A DNA stretch of 64,000 bases from Octopus vulgaris (taxonomy: Eukaryota). Shown in pieces: positions 1-12,778 of this stretch. Position 1 is the stretch's first letter. Each line of letters starts with the position of its first letter. The stretch lies in the NCBI GenBank assembly GCA_951406725.2, contig OX597820.1, forward strand, positions 115,320,001-115,384,000, given 5' to 3'. The position numbers and the translations under genes are program-made. The notes beneath the pieces are model-generated. The model saw only the letters and a program-made list of their open reading frames with translations, did not search any database and was not told the DNA's origin.

Positions 1-1468
1 TCACATGCAGGTTGTTCCAGTGATCAGATCAACTGGACCCTTGTCATCATAATTGACATAGTACTAGTTTTGTTGCCATGCAGAACTCAATGCTGCCTGG
101 GGTAATCTTGTGCTTCATCCTTGGCTGTTTCTTCTGAGTCTGTTGATATTTCTATTTCTGTTAAATTAAAGCTTCCAGTTGATGTCTAAATTTTAATATC
201 AATAGTGCGCTTGTCCACCCCAACATCTCATCACCACTATTTTACCCCTCCTTTCTGCTCCACCCTGCTTTCTTTCCCCCACAACTATAATGTGAGTAGC
301 CATGTAGCTCCTCTACAATAAGAAGCCTGTTCTGTTTTGTCCCCTTCTCTCATACTTTAATTTCTCATCTTCTAGTGAAGAGCTACCAACCATTGTAGCC
401 CCACTCAGTTGAAGGGGATCATACTCTTGCAAGCTGGCTTTAAAAAAGCACCCAGTATACTATGTAAACTGGTTGGCATTTGGAAGGGCATCCATCGTAA
501 TGTGAACATTGGAGTCTGATGCCTGTCAGATCTTGTCAAGCCATCCAACCCTCTCCAGCACGGAAGAGGGACATTAAAATGTGATTGTGGTGGTGAAGAG
601 TATTTCCTGCATAGTCCAATCAAATACTCGAAATACTCGTGCCAATACTGATATCGTAAACCATTATGTAATCTTGTTGTTAGAGAAAAGCTCCAACAAC
701 TATATTTTTAAAAATTTTGATTTAATATTCTTTGGTTACTCTATCTTTGTCCGCAAATTCTTTGTTTGATATATTTTCATTAATATCTAGTAATATTTCT
801 TTACAAAGATATATAGCATCCAAGATAATTGTTGTACCTTCAGCCACAAAGGTGAAGATAGTTAACTATTTCAATAGCAGCAACCAACGGCTGCTCATAC
901 TTTTGCCAAATCATTAAATTATAATGTTGCAGACCTGTTTTTCAACTAAGAATTCAGGACACATCCACTCTTTTTCCTTCCCATGTCTTCCATCATCAGT
1001 CTGTGTTCGGCTTCTGACATATGCATATATGTGTGTATGTATATATGTTCCGTGCATGTTTTTGTGTGCGTGTTTACATGCAGAAGTTTGTGTACATGCC
1101 TGTATATAAGAATAAGTATATATAAATGTGTTTATAAGTGTGTGTGCTGGCCTTTGGGTTAAAGAATGATGAGTTAAGAATCTATAGCAGTCACCTAATG
1201 TACTTGGAGAAAAAAGGCCAAGAAAATACTGAACTTTTGGGCAAATAACTAACTCATCTTTGTTCATCTGTGTGTGTACGTACACACACACACACACACA
1301 CACACTATTACTGTAGGATTGAACAAACTCTATAAATTGCAATTGTTTATTCTGCTGAAATGGAATCTTCTACTCCACAACAGAATCAATCCTTGAGTTA
1401 ATTCACACAATTGATTTAATTTATTTATTTAGTGCTTTACTAATGAATCTGTCTCATTTATATTTCAG

Positions 1469-1566
1469 TGCTGGGAAACTTATGTAGGACAACAATTTTA
1501 TAAATTAATTATTTTAGATTTTGCTATTGTTGTTTTCGTCAACATGGTCATCCATACCTTGCGCAG
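1469..1566 (+). CDS. TMC7: TMC7-like channel, internal exon with TMC signature (CWETYVGQQFYKLIILDFAIVVFVNMVIHTLR)
   Basis: tttcag acceptor, gtaaga donor; CWETxVGQ is the TMC family motif; 98 nt, ends phase 2 and matches next exon. Upstream exons not found in window. Confidence 0.93.
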
Positions 1567-1577
1567 GTAAGAAACCT

Positions 1578-1678
<101 letters not shown>

Positions 1679-1890
1679 CCTTTCTAGCTGTTCCTGTTTG
1701 ATGTTGTTCTTATCATTATTAACATTACACATGTGTTTGTACTTACATACACACACATAATGTATACATATATAGACACATATATTCATACTTACACACA
1801 CATACATATGTATTTACTTGTCCCTGTCCCTCTCTCTCTCTCTCTGTATGCATACATGTGTGTGTGTGTAGATACATACACATCTATCTA

Positions 1891-1945
<55 letters not shown>

Positions 1946-1971
1946 CTAGCAGAGATACCCGGCGTTGTCCG
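1946..1971 (-). mobile_element. Helitron 3' terminus fragment
   Basis: Minus strand reads CGGACAACGCCGGG-TATCTCTG-CTAG|T, similar to the 3' end at 9895-9922. Confidence 0.6.
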
Positions 1972-2073
1972 TGTTACATGCAATTGAAGAATTAGACTTT
2001 TCTTTTATATTTTCTGTAATAAAAATGCTGCTGTAATTAATTAATTAAGTAATCTCTCACTTTCTCTCTTCAG

Positions 2074-2298
2074 ACTGGTCTATAATTATTTCCACAAAGG
2101 AGAGGATCAGTTAGATTCTAGCATGGAAGGCAGAGAGGATCAGTTAGATTCTAACATGGAAGACAGAGAGGTTGCAGAAGATGTCGACAGCAATGCTTGC
2201 AAGAGAGGTTTATCGCGTGTTATTAAATTTGTTGGACCTCAAGAATTTGAACTTCCTCAGAATGTTCTGGATATTGTCTATCTTCAGTCTCTCTGTTG
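2074..2298 (+). CDS. TMC7: TMC7-like exon (R-LVYNYFHKGEDQLDSSMEGREDQLDSNMEDREVAEDVDSNACKRGLSRVIKFVGPQEFELPQNVLDIVYLQSLC-W)
   Basis: Pyrimidine tract+cag, gtaagt donor, open frame 225 nt; GxQEFxLPxNVLxIVYxQxxCW matches TMC7/TMC4-5 group. Confidence 0.9.
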
Positions 2299-2719
2299 GT
2301 AAGTAGTTGTGCTACCATGACAACAGTGTTCATGTCATTATTATTAAGGCTTCTACGATATCATCACCTGGGTTGCTTTGACAGTATGACATCATCACTA
2401 GAGATCTTCTGACTGTTGTGTTTGTTGTCATCACCCTTGTCTTTATGACAAGACAACAGAGTGTATACTGCCACCAGTTAATTTTCTAAGACAACAGTGG
2501 CTATATTATCATTAATAAAGTTTGATATAATATTGTGTATGTGGTCATCACCAATGTTATGATAACAATGTAATTGTACAAATTCTGCCAAGATTGACTT
2601 TGCCTTTTCATTCTGTCAGGTTCAATAAAATAAGCATCAGTCAATCACTGAAGTTGATGTAATTGACCAGTCTCCTCCCCCGAAATTTCAGGATTATTAT
2701 TATTATCATTATTATTATT

Positions 2720-3807
2720 TTATTGTCTTTGCACAGCTTCTAATGCTTGAGATGTACTACAGTGTCAGCTGTTCACTACCAGTGAACTAGGGTAACATCC
2801 CTTATTTTTTGAGCACCATCCGGAGTATGGGAGCAATTCCAAGCAGTGCTGTTTTCTGCAAGTGCTCCACCCTTATTGCAGCCCCTATTTGTTCTATGTA
2901 CTTCTCAAGATTTTTTCTCACTATTCCCAGGGCTCAGACAATTATTGGTACTACTACCACCTTTTTCGGAGGCCACAACTGTTTAACCTCCCAAGCTAAC
3001 CTATCATATCCATCGACTTTTTTTCTTCCTTATCGCATACCTTGTTGTCAGCTGGGCTTGCTATATCTGTGATCCAGCATCGTTTGCTTTCTTTCTCAAA
3101 ACTGTCTGGTTCCCTATTCTCTATCTCATGCTCGCACTGAATCATAAAACCCCATAGGATCTTTGCATTATCATTTTTGATGATGCCTTCAGGTTTATGT
3201 TTGTACCACTTTTTTACTCTTTCAAGTCCATACTTGTTACAAAATGTCCAATGGACAATCCTTCCTAAATTGTCATGACGTCTCTTATATTCTTTCTGGG
3301 CTGGTGCCGTACATTGACTGGTGATATGCCATACAGTTTCACCATTTTGTCCACAAATTCGGCACTTATCATTTTCTGATGTGTTGTCTATTCTGTATTT
3401 GATGTAATTGGTTCTTAATGCTTGCTCTCGGATTTCCGGTTTTAAATCACTTTTAGTCATCCATAGCCATTTATTTTTTCTCTGTCTGTCTTATCTTCAA
3501 CATCCCTATGAAATTGTCCATGCGTTCTTTTCTTTATCCACTTATTTTCAGTTTCATTCATTCTCAAACACTTGTACAATGCTTTACTTTGCAATCTTCC
3601 ATCCTACACAAGCCTGACCTTCTTACTTTCAATAATAGTGATTCTGTGGCATTTTTTTACATACCATGCTATGTTGTTTTCTTCTGCTCTAATACTGTGT
3701 TCACATCCAATCAGTCTGCTTCCCCCTCTTTTTTCTTGGTTCATACAGTCTGTCTGTGTCACTTTTTGGGTGGAGTATCCCATATCTAGTCAGCAACTTC
3801 CTTGTCT
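2720..3807 (-). mobile_element. 5'-truncated R4/Dong-clade (restriction-like endonuclease) non-LTR retrotransposon, degenerate
   Basis: CRICG..ETVWHITSQC zinc knuckle, YKRRHD, KILW, PD..(D)IAS RLE motifs, PKSDTDRLY thumb remnant; flanked on both sides by (TAA)n, the known Dong/R4-type target. Confidence 0.85.
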
Positions 3808-4336
3808 ATTATTATTATTATTATTATTTCCTCAGTCTCAAAAGAATGAAAGGCAAAGTTGACCTTGGCTGAATTTGAGCCAAGAGTACTGAGAACTAGA
3901 ATAAATACTGCAAGATGGTTTGTTGACTGTGTCTGTTTGCCACTTTGTTAACTTCTCCATTCTTCCAACAAATCTTGCACCTATGTTGGAAGTCATCTTT
4001 TATTGTTGATTTATGAAAGATTTGAAAATGGATTCTGAATGGTCAGATCCTACTAAAAGTATAATGTTGATCACTGGACAAGACAGCATCACCACCCACT
4101 CTTGCTTCAGGCAATAGACTGACTGTAAAAGTTTTGCCAGTCTAGTTTGATGGGTTTTGTAAAAGACAGAATGACCCCACTGTCAATTTACTTGCACTGG
4201 TTGCAAGATATGATCTGTTGACCTTTTGGTTAATTGTTTGACTTAACTATCAATGTTCCTTAATATTATCTGGTTAATAATGCCCGTAGATGGATTTTAT
4301 CTAATTGATTTAATTAGTTTTATATTTTCATTTTAG

Positions 4337-4412
4337 GCTTGGTACCTTTTTCAGCCCATTGAGTCCTGCTATAATCACTGTGCAGCTTTTCATAATTTTC
4401 TATGTAAAAAGG
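4337..4412 (+). CDS. TMC7: TMC7-like exon (W-LGTFFSPLSPAIITVQLFIIFYVKR)
   Basis: ttttag/gtgagt; resembles TMC7 WIGAFFSPLLPAI...IIFYVK; phase consistent. Confidence 0.93.
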
Positions 4413-5680
4413 GTGAGTAAAATAGCATTGTCTAATGTTTGTAAGTTAAACCAGGGTCTAGGTGTTGAATGATCAACATTGAGGATACTGCTTCGCTTTA
4501 TTGTTCCCAGACCAATTTTATACAGGCAGAGATAATCATCAAAACAGTTCTGTATGAGGTAGTTAGAGATAGACACTGAAATCAGAAGCCGTAAACTCTA
4601 TTATACGATATGTTAAATATACTTGAAGCTATGTTAATGTTAATCTGTAGTAGTCTGTCTAGGACTGCATTATGCACTGGCCTTACATTTTGAAGATGGT
4701 AGGGTGTGATTTGAGGGGATTTTGCTGCTATTTCTTGCAGGTTTCCTCCTTTTCATAAATTAATATAAGTATTATAATGAGATAATTTCAATGAAAAAGA
4801 AGCAATGAGCAATTGCTAGAAGAATATTGAACAAAACCTAGTAACCAGTTGATCTAGCAAATGGGACCCCATCTCAGTGATGGGTAGGGGGCAATAATGT
4901 CATTGTGAGGAAGGCCATAAGCTTGCTAGCATCCAGTATAAGGAGCTTTCAATTGGTATCACCTGCATCTGCAAGTTGTTTGCAAAAGATCTCGCATTCA
5001 TTCACAAGATTTGGTTTTAAACCTTGTTGGAAAGAATCAATATTAATATGGAAGGGAAGTTTAGTGTGTTGTTCTGGACATGGAAGATTACTTCAAGGAT
5101 GAAGATAATAATGATGACAATCATGAATTTTGTTAATATACTAGTAGTAGCATTAAAATAACAATCACTTGTATAGTTGTAGCCTTGGCAAGAGCCAATG
5201 TGATTCTCTGGATCCCTGCAGGAATACATCCCCTGTTCAGGTGTCACATACTTGAAGTTGTTGTCTTCATTGATTACCAATTGACATATATTTCTCTCTC
5301 TCTCTTATTTATTTTGGTGTGTGTAGTGGGAGTACACTTGCCAGGTCATCATTAAATTTGACAGATGAATGATTATGGGCCATAGGGTATAAGTTTACAT
5401 ACCAACACCTAGTCTTTTGTTGTATCTCTTTGTAGAAAATTGTAGAAAAATTAAGTTTTATATATCCTAGTTCACTTAGATATACGAGAATTAGAAATGA
5501 ACTTTTGGAGGAAATGTTATCTGCAACTGACTAACTTCTTACTCAGAAATGAAGTAAAGTTTCAGCTTTTATTGACTTGGTTTTGATAAATCTGGGATCT
5601 AACATCATGCTAGCACTGCTAGAGCATGTAAGAACATTTGCTTCATTGAATTATTTTCATGTTTCTTTTTATTTTTACAG

Positions 5681-5811
5681 TTTACTCTGACATTTAACTG
5701 TGTTCAAGCTCTCCGACCATTCCGCTCATCAAAGTCCAATTCCCTGTTCATGTTTGCTGTACTGCTTTCCTTTACTTTCTGTATATTACCAATCAGTTTT
5801 GTAATTGGCTC
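5681..5811 (+). CDS. TMC7: TMC7-like exon (FTLTFNCVQALRPFRSSKSNSLFMFAVLLSFTFCILPISFVIG)
   Basis: tttacag/gtaagt; RPFRxSxSN motif of TMC domain; phase consistent. Confidence 0.93.
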
Positions 5812-5899
5812 GTAAGTACATTTATCTACTATATACATCTCTCTTCTTGTAGTACCAAAGAGCTGGTACTAAACAGTGTTTGTTTATATAAATTATATG

Positions 5900-6351
5900 T
5901 AACTGTCACCATTGCTGGTGACAGTTATGTAGCATATCTGATATCCTCACTGTTTGAGAAACACAATAAGAATGATCTCGTTTGAGATTATGGTTGGCTG
6001 GCTGTCTTCTGTTGCTCGAACTGGAACATGGCTGAGTAGCTCTGTGGTCAGTGACTAGACCTTAGAAGGTCTAAAGTCGAAAGACGGAGAATAGTGAAAA
6101 CAAGCGCCTTATAAAGCCTGTGGTGGGCTCAGGCCGTGATTGGTTGCTTTTCACTCTGGCGCGAAATAAGTATGGAGCCAAACCACGCTAGATGCCAACC
6201 AATCAGATCAGTGGACACAACAGGGTCGAACTAGCCAAAGATGGCTGTAATCTCAAACGAGATCATTCTTATTGTGTTTCTCAAACAGTGAGGATATCAG
6301 ATATGCTACAGTTATATATGCGAGGATACCAAAATTTATATAACTGTCACA
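5900..6351. mobile_element. Fold-back / MITE-like element
   Basis: 63-bp perfect inverted repeat 5928-5990 vs 6248-6310, plus GTGACAGTTA/TAACTGTCAC outer ends and a small hairpin at 5900-5927. Confidence 0.7.
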
Positions 6352-6604
6352 GACGGCTACACAGCACCAAATTCTATAGAACCTTGACCAGCAAGCTCTA
6401 TGGTACTGACCATCTTGGGCAAATGTCTTTTACTATAGACAACCAAAGCTTTGTGAATGGATTTGGCAGATAGAAATGGGAAGAAGCTCGTCATGTGTAC
6501 ATATATGGGTGTATGTGTGTTTTTGTTTGTACCTTTGTTTTGAAGTTGTGTGATGTTTGTAAATGAGCATCACCATCAAACAAGCCATTTTGTTTGTTTC
6601 CAGT

Positions 6605-6945
6605 CATCATCGTTTCGTTTAGCGTCCGCTTTCCATGCTAGCATGGGTTGGACGGTTCAACTGGGGTCTGGGAAGCCAGAAGGCTGCACCAGGCCCAGTC
6701 TGATCTGGCAATGTTTCTACGGCTGGATGCCCTTCCTAACGCCAACCACTCCATGAGTGTAGTGGGTGCTTTTTACGTGCCACCGGCACAGGTGCCAGGC
6801 AAGACTGGCAAACGGCCACGATCGGATGGTGCTTTTTACATGCCACCGGCACGGAGACCAGATGAAGCTGGCAACGGCCACGATCGGATGGTGCTTTTTA
6901 TGTGCCACCGGCACGGGGGCCAGGCAAGGCTGGCAACGGCCAGAC
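6605..6945 (-). mobile_element. RTE-LINE 3' end / derived SINE with ~3 copies of the 61-bp unit
   Basis: (CAT)n tail, CCATGCTAGCATGG, GGATGCCCTTCCTAACGCCAACC core; same family as 20175-22430. More than 15 related copies in window. Confidence 0.85.
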
Positions 6946-7157
6946 TTCTATGAAAAACATTACCTTGCCTGGAGTAAGTGACAGTTGGTGATAGGAGAGT
7001 CTTCTAGCCAGGAAAATTCTTGGGATGATGATGCTTGAAATACAGCCAAATAAGCTTTGGTGTCAAGTAGAAATGCATTAAGTGGATTTGACCGGATGGA
7101 TCATTTCCTCTCTATCTCCATTATCACTTATACACCCTCCCCCATTGCTAGCTGGAA

Positions 7158-7355
7158 GGGTGGCGAGCTGGCAGGAACGTTAGCATGCCGGGCGAAATGC
7201 GTAGCCATATTTCGTCTGCCGTTACGTTCTGAGTTCAAATTCAACCAAGGTCGACTTTGCCTTTCATCCTTTCGGGGTCGATGTAATCGACTTAATCCAT
7301 TTGTCTGTCCTTGTTTGTTCCCTCTATGTTTGGCCCCTTGTGGATAGTAAAGAAA
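7158..7355 (+). mobile_element. tRNA-derived SINE (GGCGAGCTGGCAG... family)
   Basis: A-box and GAGTTCAAAT B-box; near-identical copy at 59641-59872. Confidence 0.8.
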
Positions 7356-8321
<966 letters not shown>

Positions 8322-8867
8322 TGGTCACTGATTCTAGAAATTACTAATACTTTACTCATGTATTTATATATTATCAGAACTGTTTAAAATAAATAAATAG
8401 ACATAATATGATGTCTAACAACTGATGAATACTACCTCTGGATTCTCTCCATTTTCTTCTTGCCATATAAATTAAGGGTAAAAACCACTTATTACCCTCA
8501 TCATCATCATCATCGTTTAACGTCCGTTCTCCATGCTAGCATGGGTTGGACGGTTCGACCGGGGTTCTGGGAAGCCAGAAGGCTGCACCAGGCTCCAGTC
8601 TAATCTGGCAATGTTAGGGTAATTGCCATGTAATAACCAACACTAGTGTATTAATTAAGTATTTTACTAGCAGCACATTGGATAGATACTATCCCTTAGT
8701 TGGTGGGATTCAGAACCACTAACTTACTATATATTTATATATATATATATATATGTATGGATGTGTGTGTATATATATATATATATATATAAACAAATAC
8801 AAAAAAGGGACAACAAAACATCCATATGTATATATATAAATATATATATTTATATATAAATATATAT

Positions 8868-8900
<33 letters not shown>

Positions 8901-8947
8901 CACACACACATATATATATACATACATATATATATACATACATACAC

Positions 8948-9018
<71 letters not shown>

Positions 9019-9193
9019 TACATTCATACATATATATTATACATATATATACATCCATACATATATATTATACATATATATACATCCATATGTATATATA
9101 TATTTATACATATACATATATATATATGCATATGTATTTATATATATACATATAACTCTTTTCCCTTTTTCTTTACCTTTCTTTACTCTTTAA

Positions 9194-9278
9194 AATCATT
9201 TTGACGATGTTTGTTAAATGTAACGAGGTAAATGTAAATTTACTCCAATTTAATAAACAGAAACAGCTGTAAACGATT
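9194..9278 (+). ncRNA. Minimal type-I hammerhead ribozyme motif (C3U variant)
   Basis: AATCATT-TTGACGA-[12-bp stem II TGTTTGTTAAAT/ATTTAATAAACA]-GAAA-CAGCTG-TA-AACGATT. Confidence 0.7.
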
Positions 9279-9524
9279 CCGAACTACAATTTAAATAATG
9301 ACTCGTTAGCACCAATGCTCCACTTCTCATTCTTAATTATTGTCCCATTTCTTTTATTTTCTATATATATTAAACCACAGTTTTACCTTTAAATTACCTA
9401 CTATCATATACCTTATAGCTAGGACTATACATAGTGAGGTAATATGCCAGGAGTGCCTCCACATACATCTATCCCTTAGATGGTTGCATAACCTCCAACT
9501 TATATCTTGCTTGATGTATATATA

Positions 9525-9922
9525 TCTTTATATATAAAAGAGAGGTTGTGTGAGTGTCTGTCTCCTACGATTTAGATTCCTAACTACTCCCACATTTTGC
9601 GGTGCAGTTTAACCAAAACCGGGTATCTTATAGTCGTGATTCATATTGAGGCCTTCTGGGTATTAGCGCACGTCTACGATGAGTCTACGATTTAAAAAAA
9701 AATTTACCATCATTTTCTCCCATTTTAATGCATTTTTTTGCTATTATATAAGGGAAGTAACTCTCTAAAAATGTCTACGATGAGTCAACGATTTAAAAAA
9801 AAATTTACCATCATTTTCCATTTTTAATGCATTTTTTTGCTACTTTTTGGCTATAACTCTCTAAAAATGCTTATATAGTTATTTCCCTTACAAACCCGAG
9901 CAACGCCGGGCGATACTGCTAG
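9525..9922 (+). mobile_element. Non-autonomous Helitron
   Basis: A|TC 5' end, 3' hairpin CCCGAGCAACGCCGGG then CTAG|T; internal ~100-bp duplication. Confidence 0.85.
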
Positions 9923-10093
9923 TATATATATATATAATTATATATGTATATATTTATATACACACACATATATACATATGTATATACACATATATATACA
10001 CATATGCACACACATATGTATATATAAAAAATACTTGTAATTAATTTTATTTGTTATTTTTTTATGTATTCTTTGCTTCGTGTTTCTTCTCAG

Positions 10094-10261
10094 GATTGAA
10101 CCTTCAAAAAGTTGCGGTCCATTTCGCGTGTACAGTGAGATCGATTTTTCCATGTTCACTACACTCTCCAACCTAATTAACAGCTTGCCAGATATAATTG
10201 CTAAAATTCTGAACCTCGTATTCACCCCAGCCATCATGGTTCCACTGATAGTCATCATATG
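10094..10261 (+). CDS. TMC7: TMC7-like exon (S-IEPSKSCGPFRVYSEIDFSMFTTLSNLINSLPDIIAKILNLVFTPAIMVPLIVII)
   Basis: ttctcag/gttagt; PSxxCGPF motif of TMCs. Confidence 0.93.
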
Positions 10262-10510
10262 GTTAGTAACTCTGCATGTATAAACTTTTTTGTTGTTGTT
10301 GTTGTTGTTGTTCCTCCTCCTCCCACTCAGCCTTGATTCCAGAAAACCCATCATCAAATACATCTCGTGACCAATGTGTTTTCTCATGCATAATATACTT
10401 AGAGCTGCATTACCTATATGTTCCTTTTTTTTTTTTAGACACCAGAATTTGATCTTACAAGATTTCTTTGCTATTTCTAGTAATTGAGATTACTTTGTAT
10501 GAGTGAATAT

Positions 10511-10790
10511 AGGCGCAGGAGTGGCTGTGTGGTAAGTAGCTTGTTTACCAACCACATGGTTCCGGGTTCAGTCCCACTGCGTGGCACCTTGGGCAAGTGT
10601 CTTCTACTATAGCCTCGGGCCGACCAAAGCCTTGTGAGTGGATTTGGTAGACAGAAACTGAAAGAAGCCCATCGTATGTGTTTATTTCCAGGCTTAAAAA
10701 GAAAATAAGTACTGGGGCTGATTAGTTCGACTGAAATTCCTGACGCCAGTGTTCCAGCACAGCCGTAGTCGAATGACTGAAACAAATACA
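10511..10790 (+). mobile_element. tRNA-derived SINE (AGGCGCAGGAGTGGCTGTGTGG... family)
   Basis: A box TGGCTGTGTGG, B-like GGTTCAGTCCC; copies at ~23040, 23605, 25870-26232(-), 39130-39500(-), 41250, 42646, 60120, 62740-63150(-). Confidence 0.85.
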
Positions 10791-10916
10791 AGAATATGTG
10801 TGTGTGTGTGTGTGTGTGTGATTCTGTATCATCTACCCAATGCATCATCTTGTATTCTTTGTTTTATTACAAAAGTCACCTGACATTCAAAATGGTCGTT
10901 ATTTCTCTGTTGACAG

Positions 10917-10995
10917 TTTCTTCATCTACTATAATTTCATCGTCGTAAAGGGCTGCATAAGAATGGAGGATCTCCTGAGAGAACAGCTAGTTTTG
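10917..10995 (+). CDS. TMC7: TMC7-like exon (C-FFIYYNFIVVKGCIRMEDLLREQLVL)
   Basis: tgacag/gtaagt; LREQL motif as in TMC7 C-terminus; phases fit. Confidence 0.9.
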
Positions 10996-11140
10996 GTAAG
11001 TTTTGAACTCTTTTCTGTTTATCAGATTCTTTTGTTTTCACCCAGTTCTTCACAAATCTCTTCTGCTGGAACCCTACCTCTGCAAATATATTCAACTGAA
11101 AAGAAAAAGAATTTACATTAATACTTCTTCATCATCATTA

Positions 11141-11548
11141 AATCTCAGAACAAGATGTAAACAGTAACCGCTCGACAATGTAAAGTATAATAGCCATCTC
11201 AATATGGCTAACCACAAAGGGTGGGTGTTACTGTAGCTTTTAGCCCCAGGAGATCATAGTATTCAGCTGGCTTTAGGCACACTATCTGTGTTCTTATGGG
11301 TATTTGCAAAGCGAGGCCATCCCTTTCTCACCGCCTGTTGATAAGAGGCAATAACCTTGAAACCGCGGTCTGGTGCGTATCACTTAGGCTTACGAGAAAG
11401 GGATGGCCTCACTTTGCAAATACCATAAGGGCACAGATAGTGTGCCTAAAGCCAGCTGAAGACGATGATCTCCTGGGGCTAAAAAGCTACAGTAACACCC
11501 CCCTCCTTTGTGGTTAGCCATATTGAGATGGCTATTATACTTTACATT
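11141..11548 (+). mobile_element. Fold-back element with HHR-like motif in its loop and 16-bp target-site duplication
   Basis: Arms 11177-11329 / 11394-11548; TTCTTCATCATCATTA at 11125-11140 and 11547-11562; TTGATAA-GAGG..CCTT-GAAA-CCGCGG-TC at 11338-11370. Confidence 0.75.
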
Positions 11549-11776
11549 CTTCATCATCATTATCATTTAATGTTTGTTTTCTCTGCTGGTATGGATTGGA
11601 GGGTTTGACTGGAGCTAGTAAGACCAGGGCCCACACCAGGCTCCATTTTTTGTTCTGGTATGGTTTCTACTACTGGATACTCTTCCTATTGACAGCCACT
11701 CCACAGTGTACTGATTGCTGTATATGTGGCACCAGCACCAGTATCAATTCTGCTGTGAGGGATAAGTCTTCTTGAC

Positions 11777-12740
11777 ATTATTTACAATTGACGGATATTT
11801 CTCCTCATCTTGTTTGTTGTTAACACAACGTTTCGGCTGATATACCCTCCAGCCTTCATCAGGTGTCTTGGGGAAATTTTGAACCTGGGTTCTCATTCCT
11901 AAGATATTTTTCGATGTTGTTGTTGTTGTTGTTGTTCAGGACATCCCTATACCACAAACTGACCTTCACTGGACGATACCTCAATTTCAACTCCCACCAT
12001 CCATACAGTGTAAAGAGAGGGATTTCTCAGTGCCTAAAACATTGAGCAATGAATATAAGTAGCGATCGTGATACACACCACAAAGAAATGATCAAGCTAA
12101 GTAACAATCTATTAAGCATCAACCACCCCAAAAGCATACTCTCTACTCCAATTATGAAGAAAAGGGAGGATGAAACTGATAAACTGTCCACAGTCTGTCT
12201 ACCCTATGTGAAAGGCCTCTCTGAAAAGATACAAAAGATATGTGGCCCATACGACATCAGGACAGTATTCAAGAGTAATACGACACTTCGCAAATATCTC
12301 CTTTGGGTAAAACCACCAATAGAGGAGAATATAACCAAAAACTGCATGTACTCCATCCCATGCAGCTGTGGTAGGTTATACAAAGGCAAAACATGCCGCC
12401 CCCTCAAAATAAGGGTAGAGGAACATCGCAAAGCTGCGACACGGGGAGATATTGATAAATTGGGTAAAGCTGATCATGTATGGAAAAATGGAGACCACCT
12501 CCCCCTGTGGGATGAAGTTAAAATAATAGACAGAGAACACCACTGGAAAATACGAAAACTAAAAGAAGCAGCACAAATGCTAGTTCCCCAGCATGTGGGA
12601 ACCGGTATTAAGGATGGATAGGAGAATATTAGATTTATAAGCCCTAAAATTCACTCCATAATTGCCTACAGGCATATGGTGTAGTGATTAAGAGCACAGA
12701 CTACTAACCCCAAGATTCCGAGTTCGATTCCAGACAGTAA

Positions 12741-12778
<38 letters not shown>

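Noticed and set aside
11457-11495. CTGAAGA as an HHR core in the arm of the 11.1-kb fold-back
   Set aside because: No stem II closure or GAAA follows.
12671-12740. tRNA gene (also 42238-42305, 44851-44925, 48420-48492)
   Set aside because: Broken acceptor/anticodon stems and embedded in repeats; these are tRNA-derived heads, not functional tRNAs.
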